Shown here one piece after another: positions 17,656 through 27,524 of a DNA stretch of 51,656 bases (its first letter is position 1; each line of letters begins with the position of its first letter). The stretch comes from Acidobacteriota bacterium (GTDB taxonomy: Bacteria; Acidobacteriota; Thermoanaerobaculia; Multivoradales; UBA5704). Below the pieces are notes generated by a model. The model worked only from the letters and a program-made list of their open reading frames with translations. It made no database searches and was not told the origin of the DNA. The stretch covers positions 1 through 51,656 of the forward strand of contig JBDTZG010000039.1 of the NCBI GenBank assembly GCA_040005235.1, read 5' to 3'. The position numbers and the translations under genes are program-made.

Positions 17656-18015
17656 ATGAAACTCAATCGCATTCACGTTCCCGCCGTTCTCGTCCTTCTC
17701 GCCCTCGTCCTCGCCGTTATCTCTCCCCCGGCCGCCATGGCAGCGGCCCCCGCGGCTTCGAAAGTGGTGAACATCAATACCGCCGACGGTTCTCAGCTCG
17801 CCCTGCTTCCCCGGGTCGGACCCTCCGTCGCTCAGCGCATCGTCGAGCACCGCAAGGCCAACGGGGCCTTCAAGAAGGTCGAGGACCTGATGCTCGTCAA
17901 AGGGGTCGGCGAAAAGACCTTCGCGCTTCTTCGGCCCTACCTCGCGATCAGCGGCGAAACCACCCTCAAAGAAAAAGTGAAGGGTGCCAGCGCCGAAAAG
18001 GGCGCGAGCCGCTGA
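17656..18015 (+). CDS. comEA: ComEA-like helix-hairpin-helix DNA-binding protein
   Basis: AAGGAG RBS, signal peptide, VNINTA..QLALLPRVGPSVAQRIVEHR..GAFKKVEDLMLVKGVGEK. Confidence 0.92.
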   Translation: MKLNRIHVPAVLVLLALVLAVISPPAAMAAAPAASKVVNINTADGSQLALLPRVGPSVAQRIVEHRKANGAFKKVEDLMLVKGVGEKTFALLRPYLAISGETTLKEKVKGASAEKGASR

Positions 18016-18026
18016 GGTCGGGGTTT

Positions 18027-18057
18027 CCGAGCCGGAGCGGCGAACGCTCCGGCTCGG
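18027..18057. other. Perfect 13-bp GC hairpin between comEA and fimT
   Basis: CCGAGCCGGAGCG-GCGAA-CGCTCCGGCTCGG, no U-tract. Confidence 0.6.
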
Positions 18058-18075
18058 CCTTCCCCGGGAGCCGCA

Positions 18076-18702
18076 ATGGAGCTCTCTGCCCTCCCCCTCC
18101 GACGCCCTGCCCGATCTTCCAGAGGCTTTACCCTGGTCGAGCTTCTCGTGGTTTTCGCGCTCCTGGTCCTCTTGGGAACGCTGTTGGTTTCGCCGCTCCA
18201 CCGGGCGGTGAGCGCCCTTCGCCTTCGCCAGGCCGCCTCTGAGCTGGTCGGCGCCCTCCGCCTGGCACAATCGTTCGCAATTCGTCACTCGGCCAACGTC
18301 GCCGTCCGCTTCGCCGTCGATCCCAAGGGCGGGGTGAGCTTCTCCCTCTATCGCGACGGCAACGGAAACGGCGTTCGCAGCGCCGACATCCGCTCCGGCG
18401 CCGATCCGAAAATCGACGGTCCGAGGCGCCTGGGCGGCCTTGGTTTCGGCCTACGCTTCGGATTTCCGCCCGGGATTCGGCCGACCGATCCGGGAGATCC
18501 CAGCCATCGGCTCGACCGGCTCACCGACCCGGTTCGCTTCAATGGCTCCGATCTCGCCTCGTTCGATCCCCTGGGCGGTGCCACCCCCGGCTCGCTCTAC
18601 CTGACCGACGGGTACAAGGGCCTTGCCGCGATTCGGGTGCTCAGTCGAAGCGGCAGGGTGCGCGTTCTCACCTACAAGGCCGCGACCGGCCGGTGGAAAT
18701 AA
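18076..18702 (+). CDS. GspH/FimT-family minor (pseudo)pilin
   Basis: Prepilin site RG|FTLVELLVV, LRLAQSFAI, GSLYL..SRSGRVR. Confidence 0.88.
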   Translation: MELSALPLRRPARSSRGFTLVELLVVFALLVLLGTLLVSPLHRAVSALRLRQAASELVGALRLAQSFAIRHSANVAVRFAVDPKGGVSFSLYRDGNGNGVRSADIRSGADPKIDGPRRLGGLGFGLRFGFPPGIRPTDPGDPSHRLDRLTDPVRFNGSDLASFDPLGGATPGSLYLTDGYKGLAAIRVLSRSGRVRVLTYKAATGRWK

Positions 18703-18770
18703 CCGCCCGAGGCCGAATCCCGAAGCCGAAGAATGGTCGCGGGGGCCGCCAGGCTCCCGCGCTTCCGGCT

Positions 18771-19937
18771 CTAGGCCAGGACCGCGTCGAGCCCTTGCTC
18801 CAGGTCGGCGAGCAGATCCTCTACGGCCTCGATTCCGACCGAAAGGCGGACCAAGCCTTCCGTGATGCCGAGCGCGTTGCGCCGCTCCAGAGGGATCGAG
18901 GCGTGGGTCATCGAAGCCGGATGGCTGATCAGGCTCTCGACACCGCCCAGGCTCTCGGCGAGCGCCCACAGACGCATCGAATCGAGCATTGCCTTGGCGT
19001 TGGCGTAACTGCCGAGCTCGATCGAAATCATCGAGCCGAAACCGTTCGCCTGGCGCTTCTGAATTTCATGACCCGGATGGGTCGGCAATCCCGGAAAGAG
19101 GATTCCGCGAACCGCGCGGTGGCCGGTCAAGAAATCGACGATCGTCCGGGTATTCGCCTCGTGCCGTTCCATCCGGACCGCAAGGGTTTTGATCCCGCGC
19201 ATCACGAGGAAGCACTCGAAGGGCGCGAGAATGCCGCCCGCGGACTTTTGCGACAGGGTGAACCACTCGCCGTCCTCCACCGCCTTCGAGATCAGCGCGC
19301 CGCTGATCGAGTCGCTGTGGCCGTTCAAGAACTTGGTCGTCGAATGGACGACGAAATCGGCACCCAGCGCGAGCGGCTGCTGAAAGTAAGGCGACAGAAA
19401 CGTGTTGTCGACCGCCACCTTCGCGCCGTGAGCGTGGGCGATCTCGGCGACCGCCGCGATGTCGGTGACTTCCATCAAGGGATTCGACGGCGTCTCCAGA
19501 TACACCATGCGGGTCGAAGGCGTGATCGCCGCCTCCACCGCTTCGAGGCTCGTCGTGTCGATCCAACTGAACGACAGCCCGAATTTTTCGAGGACTCGGG
19601 TGAAGTAGCGAAACGTCCCGCCGTAGACGTTTTGGGAGACCAACACGTGGTCGCCCGCCTTGAGGATGGTCATCAAACAGGAGATCGCCGCCATGCCCGA
19701 AGCGAAGGCATGGCCCTTGGCGCCCCCTTCGAGGGAGGCCACGAGGTCTTCGAGCGCGAAGCGGGTTGGGTTCTGGCTGCGGGCGTATTCGAAGCCGGTG
19801 TTCTCGCCAAGGCTCGCCTGGGAGTAGGTCGAGGTCTGATAGATGGGCACCGTGACCGCACCGGTCGTCGGGTCGGGAGACTGCCCGGCGTGAATTGCGC
19901 GGGTCGCAAACGCGAGCTTCGAAGGATTACCTTTCAA
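18771..19937 (-). CDS. Cystathionine gamma-synthase/gamma-lyase family PLP enzyme
   Basis: PIYQTSTY, YARSQNPTR, ETPSNP, HSTTKFLNGHSD, ESLGGVES. Confidence 0.95.
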   Translation of the reverse strand: MKGNPSKLAFATRAIHAGQSPDPTTGAVTVPIYQTSTYSQASLGENTGFEYARSQNPTRFALEDLVASLEGGAKGHAFASGMAAISCLMTILKAGDHVLVSQNVYGGTFRYFTRVLEKFGLSFSWIDTTSLEAVEAAITPSTRMVYLETPSNPLMEVTDIAAVAEIAHAHGAKVAVDNTFLSPYFQQPLALGADFVVHSTTKFLNGHSDSISGALISKAVEDGEWFTLSQKSAGGILAPFECFLVMRGIKTLAVRMERHEANTRTIVDFLTGHRAVRGILFPGLPTHPGHEIQKRQANGFGSMISIELGSYANAKAMLDSMRLWALAESLGGVESLISHPASMTHASIPLERRNALGITEGLVRLSVGIEAVEDLLADLEQGLDAVLA

Positions 19938-20110
19938 GCGCTTCCCCTTTTTCGCGGAGCAGATCTCCGCTCGATCGAATTTTTTCGCGGCTTACCCCAA
20001 GGATCGCGGCGCATTGTAGCAGCCGCTTTTCGCTCCGAGTAAAGAGCGCGGCGATCGAACCTCGGGAGGGAGGGACCGAAGCCCTCCGCCCCGGGGTTAA
20101 GATAAGCGGC

Positions 20111-21163
20111 GTGAATCGGGAAGATATCTTCTCACCCTTGAGGTGGCACGACGGTGCGCTCGAGTTGCTCGAGCAAACCCTCTTGCCGCGCGAGGAGACC
20201 TGGCTTCGTTGCGAAAGCCCGGAACAGGTGGCGGACGCAATCTACCGCCTGGCGATTCGCGGCGCGCCCGCGATCGGCGTGGCGGCAGCCTACGGCTTGG
20301 TTTTGGGGGTGGCTCCGGCCCGCGACGAGCGGGAATCCGAACAGAGGTTCGAGTCCACGGTGGAGCTGCTAGGGGCGACGCGTCCGACGGCGGTCAACCT
20401 GCGTTGGGCGCTCGACCGGGGTCGCACACGCTTCGCGGCGAGCGCCGGCCGGCCACCCACTGAACGGGCGGCGGATCTGTTGGCCTGGGCCGAGGCGCTC
20501 CACCGCGACGACATCGCCGCAAACCTGCGGATGGGAGAATTCGGCGCGACGCTCTTTTGCGCCGGAGATCGGGTGCTCACCCACTGCAATACCGGCTCGC
20601 TCGCGACCGCCGGCTACGGCACGGCGCTCGGCGTGATCCAGTCCGCTTGGCGGCAAGGAAAAGTCTCGAAGGTCTGGGTAGACGAGACCCGTCCGCTGCT
20701 CCAGGGCGCGAGGCTCACCACCTGGGAGCTCAAAAGGCTGGGCATTCCCCACACCCTGGCGACCGATTCGAGCGCCGCGACGCTTCTGTCGCTCGGCCTG
20801 GTGGAGCGGGTCATCGTCGGCGCCGACCGGATCGCAGCGAACGGCGATGCGGCGAACAAGATCGGCACCTACCCGCTCGCGGTCCTCGCCGCCCGCCACG
20901 GGGTGCCGTTCTACGTCGCGGCCCCCCTCTCGACGATCGACCGAACGCTCGCCAACGGAACCGGGATCCTGATCGAGCAACGCAAGGCGATTGAAGTCAC
21001 CGAAGTGTTCGGCACCCAAATCGCTCCCGACGGCACCGAGGCGATCAACTTCGCTTTCGACGTCACTCCCGCCGAGCTGATCCGCGCGATCGTCACCGAC
21101 GCCGGGGTACTCGAAGCGCCGTACGGGCCGAGCATCGCCAAGGCATTCGCCGACGTCGAGTGA
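20111..21163 (+). CDS. mtnA: S-methyl-5-thioribose-1-phosphate isomerase
   Basis: IRGAPAIG, RPTAVNL, THCNTGSLAT, ETRPLLQGARLT, NKIGTY, FDVTP. Confidence 0.96.
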   Translation: MNREDIFSPLRWHDGALELLEQTLLPREETWLRCESPEQVADAIYRLAIRGAPAIGVAAAYGLVLGVAPARDERESEQRFESTVELLGATRPTAVNLRWALDRGRTRFAASAGRPPTERAADLLAWAEALHRDDIAANLRMGEFGATLFCAGDRVLTHCNTGSLATAGYGTALGVIQSAWRQGKVSKVWVDETRPLLQGARLTTWELKRLGIPHTLATDSSAATLLSLGLVERVIVGADRIAANGDAANKIGTYPLAVLAARHGVPFYVAAPLSTIDRTLANGTGILIEQRKAIEVTEVFGTQIAPDGTEAINFAFDVTPAELIRAIVTDAGVLEAPYGPSIAKAFADVE

Positions 21164-21217
21164 CGCCCGTGAACCGAAACGGTCTTAGAGGTAGGAACCC
21201 CCGGAAGAGGGAAGGAA

Positions 21218-21561
21218 TGGTGGAGGCGGTGGGAGTCGAACCCACGTCCGGAAAACGCGTCGCGGTGGCATCTACGTGCGTAGCCCTCACTTCTTTTTCA
21301 CCGCCGCGCTTCGAGTGAAGGCGCCGCGCGCGGCAGTTATCCTCGCTAGTATCTGGGTCCGTCGCGAGGCCTCCGGACCCATTGACCCGCATTGTCGGCG
21401 TCTTTAGAGGTGCAGCGGGTCAGAGCCCCTCTATTGACGTCACAGCCGTTTAGGCCGCGAGAGCGAAGTTGTCGTTCGCAGTTAAAAAATCGATTTTACG
21501 AGTCGACCTCGACACGCAACCCCCGCACCGCTTTGTTCCCCGTCGAAACCGGTACGCCCCC
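21218..21561 (-). ncRNA. ssrA: tmRNA; tag peptide ANDNFALAA (21479-21450)
   Basis: 5' GGGGGCG pairs with 3' CGCCTCC-ACCA (G3-U), T-arm GTTCGACTC, tag ORF GCGAACGACAACTTCGCTCTCGCGGCCTAA. Confidence 0.96.
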
Positions 21562-21684
21562 AGTTTCTATAGTGCTGCTTCTTCCGTTGGCAAAGAACCT
21601 GTCGCGCGCGTTCGAGACGGCAACGACGGACGCGCACCATAACAGACCTTGTGCCCGGCGGATTCCCCGACCTCGCTCCGCTGC

Positions 21685-22149
21685 CTATTCCGATTCCGGA
21701 GGAGCCTTTTCGCCGAGCAGCTCGACCGTGCGCAGGAAGTCGCCCGGACGGGAGGTTCGCAAGCGCGAGATCACCAGGAACCACCCTGAAAGCGCCAGCA
21801 CCGCGCCGAAAGGGGCCAGCGGTATGAGGCCCGGAAAGAACGGCCAAAGAGCCGCGACGATGCCGCCGGCCGCCGAAATCAGCAGCACGACCACGGCTGA
21901 GGCCTGGACCCGCCACTGCGAACGAATCTCGCGGAGGGCCAAGCGGGTACCGCTTTCGAGCGCTTCCGCCGTGATCTCCGCTTCGACCAACCCCTGGCGG
22001 AGCCCCGCGCGAACCGGCAGGACGACGCGCGCCCGCCCCGCTTCGAGCTGAACCTCCGCGCCCCACTCCTCCGCCGCCCGTTCGACCAGCGCGAGCGCGT
22101 GTTCGACCGACCGATCGACGTCGACCGTGTTTTCGTCCGTCGCCGCCAC
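21685..22149 (-). CDS. Hypothetical membrane protein (2 C-terminal TMs)
   Basis: Directly follows dusB, hydrophobic hairpin. Confidence 0.65.
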   Translation of the reverse strand: MAATDENTVDVDRSVEHALALVERAAEEWGAEVQLEAGRARVVLPVRAGLRQGLVEAEITAEALESGTRLALREIRSQWRVQASAVVVLLISAAGGIVAALWPFFPGLIPLAPFGAVLALSGWFLVISRLRTSRPGDFLRTVELLGEKAPPESE

Positions 22150-22150
22150 C

Positions 22151-23140
22151 TCAGGCCGCCATTTCGAACATCTCGGCGAAGAAGTCTTCGACCGCGGCCA
22201 AGAAGCTCGGTACGTCGGGCAGCTGGTTAATTTCCTGACGAAGCTTGCGCCCGTTCGGCAGGCCGTGGGTGTACCAACCGGTGAATTTGCGCAGCTTGTG
22301 GAGCGCCCAGGTGCCCCCCTCGCGTTCCGCCACCATGCGGAAGTGGCCGAGGATCAAGTCGCGCCGTTCCGCCAGCGACGGCTCGTGGAACCGGCTGCCG
22401 GTCATTTTTGCGGCGATCTGGCGAAACAGCCACGGGTTCTTGGTGGCACCTCGCCCGACCATCACGCCGTCGCAGCCGGTTTCGGCCATCATCCGCAGGG
22501 CATCCTCCGGCTCGTTCACGTCGCCGTTGCCGATCACCGGGATCGACAAGGTCTCCTTGAGCGTCGCGAGGTGAGTCCAGTCGGCCTCGCCAGAAAACAT
22601 CTGCCGCGCGGTCCGGGCATGCATCGCCACCGCGGCGACGCCGTTGGCCTCGCACATCCGGCCGAGGTCGAGATAGTTTCGGCGCGCGTCGTCGAGCCCA
22701 AGCCGGAACTTGACGGTCAACGGGATCGAGATCGCCTTCTTGACCGAGGAGACGATGTCTTCCGCAAGCGCGAGATCGCCCATCAGGGCCGCACCGGCGC
22801 AGCCCTTGAGAACTTTGTTCGCCGGGCAGCCCATGTTGATGTCACAGACGTCGGCGCCCAGCTCTTCGACCACCAGCGCCGCCTCGCGCATGGTGGCGGC
22901 GTCGGAGCCGTAGATCTGGATCGCCAGCGGCCGCTCCTCTTCGCTGAAATACATCAGCTCGCGCGTTCGCGGATTGCCGTTGACGATCGCCTTGGACGAT
23001 ACGAATTCCATCGACACGACGCCTACGCCGCCGATCCGCCGGACGATCAAGCGAAAATCGCGATCGGTGACCCCGGCCATCGGCGCGAGCCAAAGGGGTG
23101 GATCGACCCGAACGTCGTCGAGATACACAGGTGCCGCCAT
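22151..23140 (-). CDS. dusB: tRNA-dihydrouridine synthase DusB
   Basis: LAPMAGVTD, DINMGCP, TVKFRLG, HARTARQ, IGNGDV, MVGRG. Confidence 0.93.
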   Translation of the reverse strand: MAAPVYLDDVRVDPPLWLAPMAGVTDRDFRLIVRRIGGVGVVSMEFVSSKAIVNGNPRTRELMYFSEEERPLAIQIYGSDAATMREAALVVEELGADVCDINMGCPANKVLKGCAGAALMGDLALAEDIVSSVKKAISIPLTVKFRLGLDDARRNYLDLGRMCEANGVAAVAMHARTARQMFSGEADWTHLATLKETLSIPVIGNGDVNEPEDALRMMAETGCDGVMVGRGATKNPWLFRQIAAKMTGSRFHEPSLAERRDLILGHFRMVAEREGGTWALHKLRKFTGWYTHGLPNGRKLRQEINQLPDVPSFLAAVEDFFAEMFEMAA

Positions 23141-23275
23141 GCCGCCGATTTTACCCGGGCGACCGGAACTTCTCCTAACCGGCTGGATTTGCTGGCACTC
23201 TCCGGGGGTCTACTTCGCCTGCAGGTCAGCCCGCCGCTCGACCGCAGGGTCCGTTTGCGCGCAGAATCGAGCCCG

Positions 23276-24343
23276 ATGACGATTGAAGATCTCGGCTGGA
23301 CCCCGGCGCTCGCCGCGACTTTTGCGGAATTCGAGGCGAAAGGTTGCCTGCCCGGCCGGGTGATCGCCCAGCGCGGCATGTTGGTGGTGGCGACCGAGCG
23401 GGGGGATGTCCTGGCGACCAGCTCCGGAAGGATGCGTCACGACGCCCTTAGCGCGGGCGAGCTGCCGACGGTCGGAGACTGGGTGGCGATTCAGGTGCCT
23501 CCGGGGGGAAAGCAGGGCCGCATCCAGGCGGTGCTGCCGAGGAAGAGCGCCTTTTCCCGCAAGGCGGCCGGACGGCGCACCGAAGACCAGGTGGTGGCGG
23601 CGAACGTCGACGTGATCTTCCTGCTCTGCGGCCTCGACAACGATTTCAACCTGCGCCGGGTCGAGCGCTATCTCTCGGCGGCCTGGGAGAGCGGCGCCCA
23701 GCCGGTCCTGCTGCTCAACAAGGCGGACCTGTGCGAAGACCCGGCAGCGAGGCTCGCCGAGGTCGAAGCGATCGCGTTCGGCGCACCGGTTCACCTGCTT
23801 TCCGCCAAGAAAGGCGATGGCGTCGAGGCGATCTCTCCCTACCTCGCCCGGGGGGTGACGGTGGCTCTTCTCGGTTCCTCCGGGGTGGGCAAATCGACGC
23901 TGATCAATCGGCTGCTCGGACACGACGCCCAAACCACCCTCGAAGTTCGAGCGGGAGACGACCGCGGACGCCACACCACGACCCACCGCGAGATCTTCTT
24001 CGCCCCGAGCGGCGCCCTGGTGATCGACACCCCGGGGATGCGCGAGATCCAGCTCTGGGACGCCGAAGAGGGTACTGGCACCGCGTTTTCCGACATCGAA
24101 GAGCTGGCCCGCTCCTGCGCGTTCGGCGATTGCGCCCACGAAAGCGAGCCGGGCTGCGCCGTCCGAGAGGCGGCCGAACGGGGAGATCTCTCCGCCGAGC
24201 GCCTGGAAGGCTGGCGCAAGCTCCAGAAGGAGGCCGCGAGCCTGCGCGTCCGCAGCGACGCCCTCGCGCGGCGGAAGGACAAAGGGAAGGTGAAGGCGGT
24301 CGAGAAGTCGCTGCGCGAGCAGTACAAGCTGCGCGGCAGGTAG
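23276..24343 (+). CDS. rsgA: Ribosome small subunit-dependent GTPase A
   Basis: NKAD, GSSGVGKSTLIN, GRHTTT, DTPG, CAFGDCAHESEPGCAV. Confidence 0.96.
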   Translation: MTIEDLGWTPALAATFAEFEAKGCLPGRVIAQRGMLVVATERGDVLATSSGRMRHDALSAGELPTVGDWVAIQVPPGGKQGRIQAVLPRKSAFSRKAAGRRTEDQVVAANVDVIFLLCGLDNDFNLRRVERYLSAAWESGAQPVLLLNKADLCEDPAARLAEVEAIAFGAPVHLLSAKKGDGVEAISPYLARGVTVALLGSSGVGKSTLINRLLGHDAQTTLEVRAGDDRGRHTTTHREIFFAPSGALVIDTPGMREIQLWDAEEGTGTAFSDIEELARSCAFGDCAHESEPGCAVREAAERGDLSAERLEGWRKLQKEAASLRVRSDALARRKDKGKVKAVEKSLREQYKLRGR

Positions 24344-24361
24344 GGGAGCACAAAGATGAAT

Positions 24362-24453
24362 ACCTTGAAAAATGACAACACCAGCGTTAAGGTTTCAAGG
24401 TCTTTGCCAAAGCACCTTGAAAATTGAGAAGGCCACCGTTAAGATTTCAAGGT
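24362..24453. repeat. Two 40-bp direct-repeat units, each ACCTTGAAA-N22-TTTCAAGGT
   Basis: 24362-24401 and 24414-24453, 34/40 identical; the second overlaps the GTG start of the ATPase. Confidence 0.9.
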
Positions 24454-25609
24454 GATTTCTCGGCAACGACACCTCGAAGCGCTCCAAATTGGACTTGATC
24501 GATACCCTGTGGTCGCAATTCTCGGACCCCGGCAGGTCGGAAAAACCTCTATCGCTCGGAGCCTCGCCGCGGCCCACGAAGAAGGCGCCACCTTCTTCGA
24601 TCTCGAGAATCCTGTGGCGGTCGCGCGCCTCGCCGAACCGATGCTGGTGCTAGAGCCCCTCCGGGGGCTCGTCGTTCTGGACGAGATTCAGCGCCGCCCC
24701 GAACTGTTTCCGATCCTACGTGTGCTCGCCGATCGCCCAGGAAAGCCCGCACGATTTCTTGTCCTCGGCAGCGCATCTCCGGAGCTACTCCGCCAAACCT
24801 CGGAAACGCTCGCCGGTCGTATCCATTTTCACGACCTCGGAGGGTTCACGCTCGACGAGACCGGCCCCGGGACAATGGACCGCCTCTGGTTGCGCGGCGG
24901 CTTTCCTCTCTCGTTCCTCGCCGATTCGGAGGACGCGAGCTTCGACTGGCGGCGAGACTTCATCCGAACCTTTCTTGAACGCGATTTACCCCAACTCGGC
25001 GTCCAAACTCCCGGCGAAACCCTGCGCCGCTTTTGGACCATGCTGGCGCACGTTCACGGTCAGCTCTGGAACGGCTCGGAGTTTTCGCGCTCGTTTGGCG
25101 TATCGACACCGACAGTGCAGCGCTACCTGGATCTGCTCACTTCGACCTTCGTGGTACACCAACTCCGCCCTTGGTTTGAGAACCTCGGCAAGCGGCAGGT
25201 CAAGTCGCCAAAGGTCTACCTCTCGGACTCGGGGCTGGTGCATGCCCTGCTCGGAATTACCGACCGAGAAGACCTGGAGAGCCATCCCAGGCTGGGAGCC
25301 TCGTGGGAGGGATTTGCGATTCGCGAGATCGTCGAGAGGTTGGGTGCCCATCCGGAAGAGGCCTTCTTCTGGTCCACGCACGGCGGCGCGGAGCTGGACC
25401 TTCTGGTAATTCGCGGCAGGAGGCGGCTGGGGTTCGAAATCAAGCGTACCGACGCCCCCAAGGTCACCCCCTCCATGCGAATCGCCTTGAACGACCTGAA
25501 GCTCGATCGCCTGGACGTGATTCACGCCGGAGAATTCGCTTTCCCGATGACCGAAGGCATTCGGGCGATTCCGCTGGCTAAGATTTGGGAGCTGCTCGAC
25601 CCGCTTTGA
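24452..25609 (+). CDS. AAA_14-type ATPase with DUF4143 / HTH / PD-(D/E)XK-like C-terminus
   Basis: GPRQVGKT, LDEIQ, LGSAS, ETLAGR, RGGFP, KSPKVYLSDSG, ELDL...FEIK. Confidence 0.9.
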   Translation: MISRQRHLEALQIGLDRYPVVAILGPRQVGKTSIARSLAAAHEEGATFFDLENPVAVARLAEPMLVLEPLRGLVVLDEIQRRPELFPILRVLADRPGKPARFLVLGSASPELLRQTSETLAGRIHFHDLGGFTLDETGPGTMDRLWLRGGFPLSFLADSEDASFDWRRDFIRTFLERDLPQLGVQTPGETLRRFWTMLAHVHGQLWNGSEFSRSFGVSTPTVQRYLDLLTSTFVVHQLRPWFENLGKRQVKSPKVYLSDSGLVHALLGITDREDLESHPRLGASWEGFAIREIVERLGAHPEEAFFWSTHGGAELDLLVIRGRRRLGFEIKRTDAPKVTPSMRIALNDLKLDRLDVIHAGEFAFPMTEGIRAIPLAKIWELLDPL

Positions 25610-25622
25610 GGTTCACCCCTCA

Positions 25623-27422
25623 TCAATCCATCCGCAAAACCGCCAAAAACGCCTCCTGCGGGATGTCCACGCGGCCCACCCGCTTCATGCGCTTCTTGCC
25701 TTCCTTCTGCTTTTCGATCAGCTTGCGTTTGCGCGAGATGTCGCCGCCGTAGCATTTGGCGATGACGTTTTTGGAGACCGCCCGCACGGTTTCGCGCGAG
25801 ATGACTCGCGAGCCGATGGCGGCTTGGAGGACGACCTCGAACATCTGGCGGGGGATCAGGTCCTTCATCTTCTCGATCAGCATCCGGCCGCGGGGGTAGG
25901 CTTTCTCGCGGTGGATGATCAGCGAGAGCGCGTCGACCGGTTCGCCGTTCACCAGCACGTCGAGCTTCACCAGGTCGCTTCGGCGGTAGCCGATCAGCTG
26001 GTAGTCGAAGCTCGCATAGCCGCGCGAGCAGGACTTCAAGCGGTCGTAGAAATCGAGGATCACCTCTCCAAGAGGGAAGTCGTACTGAATCAGAACCCGG
26101 TCGGTCGACAGGTACTGCAGGCTCTTCTGCTCGCCGCGGCGGTCTTCCGCGAGCTGGAGGATCGCGCCCACGTATTCCGCGCGCGAAACGATGGTCGATG
26201 TGATGTAGGGCTCTTCCAGGTAGTCGAGCTTGCTCGGGTCGGGCAGCTTCGCCGGGCTGTCGACCTCGAACTGCTTGCCGTCGGTGGTCTTCGCCCAGTA
26301 GCGCACGCCCGGCGCGGTGGTGATCAGGTCGAGGTCGAACTCCCGTTCCAGGCGCGATTGGATGATCTCCATGTGCAGCAGACCGAGGAAGCCGCAGCGG
26401 AAGCCGAAACCGAGCGCGCCGGAGCTTTCCGGCTCGAAGCTGAACGAGGCGTCGTTCAGGCGCAGCTTGTCCACCGCGTCGCGCAACCCCTCGTAGTCGT
26501 CCGCCGAAACCGGATAGAGGCCGGCAAAGACCACCGGTTTAACCTCTTGGAAGCCGGGAAAAGCCTCGGCCGTCGGACGCTCGGAATGGGTGACGGTGTC
26601 GCCGATCTGCGCCTGGATCAGATCTTTGATTCCGGCGTAGAAGAAACCGACCTCGCCGACCGAAAGCGAGGTGACTCCGGCCGCCTTCGGGCTGAAGATT
26701 CCCATCTCGTCGACCGCGTAGACCCGCTTGCTCGCCATCAGCTGGATCTTTTCGCCCTTTTTGAGCGTGCCGTCGATCACCCGGATCATGCAGGCGACGC
26801 CGCGGTACGGGTCGTACCAGGAATCGAAAAGCAGCGCCTTCAAGGGGCCGTCCGGATTGCCCGCGGGCGCAGGGATGTCGCGCACCACCCGCTCAAGCAC
26901 GTCTTCGATGCCGATTCCGGCCTTCGCCGAGGCGAGCACCGCATCGTGGGCGTCGATCCCGATGACGTTTTCGATCTGTTCCTTGATCCTCTCCGGGTCC
27001 GCGGCGGGCAGGTCGATCTTGTTGATCACCGGGACGATCGCCAATTCCGCGTCCACCGCCAGGTAGGCGTTCGCGAGCGTTTGAGCCTCGACCCCTTGGA
27101 CGGCATCGACCACCAGGAGGGCGCCTTCACAGGCCGCGAGGCTGCGCGAGACCTCATAGGCGAAATCGACGTGGCCGGGGGTGTCGATCAGGTTGAACTG
27201 GTAGGTCTCGCCGTCGGCGGACTTGAAGTACAACCGGACCGCGCGGGCCTTAATGGTAATCCCGCGCTCGCGCTCGAGATCCATGTCGTCGAGCAGCTGA
27301 GCGACCATGTCGCGCGAGGAGACCGAGCCGGTCTTTTCGAGAATCCGGTCGGCGAGCGTCGACTTGCCGTGGTCGATGTGGGCGACGATCGAAAAGTTGC
27401 GGATGCGTTCGTGGGGAAACAT
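25623..27422 (-). CDS. lepA: Translation elongation factor 4 LepA
   Basis: [49 protein letters not shown]; start ATG 27422. Confidence 0.98.
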   Translation of the reverse strand: MFPHERIRNFSIVAHIDHGKSTLADRILEKTGSVSSRDMVAQLLDDMDLERERGITIKARAVRLYFKSADGETYQFNLIDTPGHVDFAYEVSRSLAACEGALLVVDAVQGVEAQTLANAYLAVDAELAIVPVINKIDLPAADPERIKEQIENVIGIDAHDAVLASAKAGIGIEDVLERVVRDIPAPAGNPDGPLKALLFDSWYDPYRGVACMIRVIDGTLKKGEKIQLMASKRVYAVDEMGIFSPKAAGVTSLSVGEVGFFYAGIKDLIQAQIGDTVTHSERPTAEAFPGFQEVKPVVFAGLYPVSADDYEGLRDAVDKLRLNDASFSFEPESSGALGFGFRCGFLGLLHMEIIQSRLEREFDLDLITTAPGVRYWAKTTDGKQFEVDSPAKLPDPSKLDYLEEPYITSTIVSRAEYVGAILQLAEDRRGEQKSLQYLSTDRVLIQYDFPLGEVILDFYDRLKSCSRGYASFDYQLIGYRRSDLVKLDVLVNGEPVDALSLIIHREKAYPRGRMLIEKMKDLIPRQMFEVVLQAAIGSRVISRETVRAVSKNVIAKCYGGDISRKRKLIEKQKEGKKRMKRVGRVDIPQEAFLAVLRMD

Positions 27423-27524
27423 TCGATTCCGGCTCCTGCTCTGGGCGCCAGGTCGGCGCGGGCCGGGGAGCATACCAGGCCGCCCCGGCTTGCATCTCGG
27501 CGCGCCTTTCGGCACTCTCCGGGA

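Noticed and set aside
19938-20110. SAM riboswitch between the Met-metabolism genes
   Set aside because: No SAM-I/II core motifs recognisable on either strand
21164-21230. tmRNA or tRNA-Ser 3' ends as prophage/island integration sites
   Set aside because: No integrase and no duplicated att sequence; housekeeping genes abut directly
25824-27524. N-terminal halves of very long track ORFs (1374 aa at 25824, 858 aa at 28199, 738 aa at 22127) and many other overlapping ORFs
   Set aside because: Antisense shadow frames of lepA, the phosphoesterase, dusB and others, typical of high-GC codon bias
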